64,000 bases of DNA, taken from NCBI GenBank assembly GCA_963714975.1, contig CAVQQD010000003.1, positions 704,001 through 768,000 of the forward strand. The letters run 5' to 3'. The DNA is from an uncultured Gammaproteobacteria bacterium (GTDB lineage: Bacteria > Pseudomonadota > Gammaproteobacteria > JAURND01). The first letter of the stretch is position 1; the number at the start of each line of letters is the position of its first letter. The notes below the pieces were generated by a model. The model saw only the letters and a list, made by a program, of their open reading frames with translations, was not told where the DNA came from and searched no databases. Of this stretch, positions 62,195-64,000 are shown in pieces. Both the position numbers and the translations under genes were made by a program.

Positions 62195-62851
62195 ATGGTC
62201 TCATTTTTTCCATCGAGAATCAATTGGATTGATACCGCAGGCGTAGACGAAGTGGGAGTAGGGTGCTTGGCCGGGCATGTGACTGCTGCTGCTGTGATCT
62301 TGATTCCAGGAAAGCGCCTTCGCGGGTTGATGGATTCTAAGAAATTGACTTGGCAAAGGCGTGAGGCTTTATTTCCGTTGATACAGCGCAGCGCGCTAGC
62401 CTGGGCCATTGGTCGGGCCGAAGTCGAAGAAATTGATGCGCTCAATATTTTGAAGGCACGCTTATTGGCTATGCAACGTGCCGTCTTAGCTTTACCTGTA
62501 CCGGCTAAGCACGCCTTAGTCGATGGGACTTATTGTCCAGAATTACCTTGCACTGTGGAGGGTATTGTCCATGGAGATGCTAAGATAGCCGCTATTAGTG
62601 CGGCTTCGGTGTTAGCCAAGGTTACGCGAGATCGTGAAATGATCGTGCTCGACCAACTGTATCCTGGTTATGGGTTTGCCAAACATAAAGGCTATGCAAC
62701 TCAAGAACATTTACGAGCCTTAGCAAAACTCGGGCCTTGTCCCCTGCATCGACGCTCATTTAGCTGGAAATCCCTGGAAGACAAAGCCCCCTCTCCCCCA
62801 CCCGAGCGTCAGCGAGGGAAGGTGGGAGAGGGTAGGGAGAGGGGGTCTTAA
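62195..62851 (+). CDS. rnhB: ribonuclease HII
   Basis: GVDEVG, DSKKL, LVDG, GDA...ISAAS.LAKVTRD, HKGY, HRRSF. Confidence 0.92.
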   Translation: MVSFFPSRINWIDTAGVDEVGVGCLAGHVTAAAVILIPGKRLRGLMDSKKLTWQRREALFPLIQRSALAWAIGRAEVEEIDALNILKARLLAMQRAVLALPVPAKHALVDGTYCPELPCTVEGIVHGDAKIAAISAASVLAKVTRDREMIVLDQLYPGYGFAKHKGYATQEHLRALAKLGPCPLHRRSFSWKSLEDKAPSPPPERQRGKVGEGRERGS

Positions 62852-64000
62852 TGACAAGTCCTGCATTTATTCATTTACATCTCCATACCGATTATTCCTT
62901 AGTGGATGGAATGATGGGCATTAAACCCATGATTAAGGCGGCCCAGGCTTTCAAGATGCCAGCCATAGCTATTACAGATCATTGCAATTTATTTGCCTTA
63001 GTTAAATTTTATCGCGCGGCTGAAGCTGCTGGCATAAAACCCATTATTGGTGCTGAACTGTGCGTCAAAAATCCTACCGATGATAAATCTCCGCATCGTT
63101 TAGTCGTGTTATGTCAAAACGCTATTGGCTATAAAAATCTCACACAATTAGTATCCAGAGCTTATCTGGAAGGGCAAAACTCAAGTTTTGCGATGGTCGA
63201 TAAAAAATGGTTACCCGGGAACACGGAAGGGCTGATTGCGCTATCAGCAGCGCGCGACGGTGATATTGGTCATGCTCTATTGGCACAGCAAAGCGCCGTG
63301 GCTAGGCAATTATTAGCGGGTTGGCAAGAATTATTTCCCGATCGATTTTACTTGGAGTTGCAACGCACCGGTCGCGAACAGGAGGCATTTTACCTAGAAG
63401 CGGCTTTAGAACTCGCAGCGCAAACCAGCACGCCGGTGGTTGCTAGCAATGACACGCGATTTTTACATGCCGAAGACTTCGAAGCTCATGAAGCCCGTGT
63501 ATGCATCCATGGTGGCTGGGTGTTAGATGATCATCGGCGCAAGCAGTGTTATAGCGAGCAACAGTATTTACGCTCCCAGGAAGAAATGGCCGAACTGTTT
63601 GCTGATATCCCTTCGGCCTTAGAAAATAGCGTCGAAATTGCGAAACGCTGTAATTTAGAGCTTAGTCTGGGTAAAAGTTTTTTGCCTAATTTTCCCGTGC
63701 CTGCTTCCTTGACCGTCGATGAATATTTTCAGCAAGAAGTCACGCAAGGTTTAGAAAAGCGCCTGACTACGTTCCCCTCCCCTCCAGATTTTGTGTCGCA
63801 TCGGCAAGCTTATGATAGCCGCTTGCAAATGGAAATCGAGGTCATTCGCAAGATGGGATTTACCAGCTATTTTTTAATTGTCGCTGATTTTATCCGTTGG
63901 GCCAAAGATCAGCATATTTTTGTGGGACCAGGACGCGGTTCTGGTGCTGGATTCTTTAGTGGCCTATGCCTTGTCAATCACTGATCTTGATCCCCTGGAG
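62851..64000 (+). CDS. dnaE: DNA polymerase III alpha subunit, 5' part (apparent frameshift near 63951)
   Basis: FIHLHLHTDYSL.DG, AITDH, GIKPIIG, YFLIVADFI, VGPGRGSGAG; continues as SLVAYAL.ITDLDPL in another frame. Confidence 0.95.

Noticed and set aside
48854-64000. Frameshifts in uvrB (two) and dnaE as evidence of genome decay or programmed recoding
   Set aside because: dnaE is essential and the genes are otherwise intact; single-base indels point to sequencing or assembly error

Overview
This is a chromosomal window from a Legionellales/Coxiellaceae-like gammaproteobacterium, judged from icmT/icmS, PmrA-type boxes and effector-like genes. Housekeeping genes include the dcd 3' end, ihfB, purN, purM, hda, rfbF, rseP, msrB, three tRNAs, galU, prpD, uvrB, an aspartate aminotransferase, lpxB, a gnnA-like dehydrogenase, rnhB and dnaE. 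AT-rich accessory blocks lie between them. The main finding is the 28.2-48.5 kb block. It starts with two tandem 58-aa double-glycine precursor peptides that the ORF track misses (47-aa conserved leader ending VVGG, divergent 11-aa cores GAEAPTKLTLN and GAAGLIKPMFE). They converge on an NHLM-type export operon (cNMP-binding protein, HlyD, C39-peptidase ABC, second ABC). No RiPP maturase is present, but the operon directly adjoins a trimodular NRPS (C-A-T-[deleted E]-C-A-T-E-C-A-T-TE) with an unusual EPR-type terminal A domain and a MATE exporter. Other notable content: candidate Dot/Icm effectors (a 2218-aa LRR/transglutaminase-like/AAA protein, CaaX-ended membrane proteins, an IS4-split gene) with PmrA boxes, an intact IS4 with an 11-bp target duplication, an IS701-like element, a DUF559 remnant, and several families of short palindromic elements, some inserted in frame in genes with target-site duplications. 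Single-base frameshifts in dnaE and uvrB suggest that many frameshifts here are sequencing errors.
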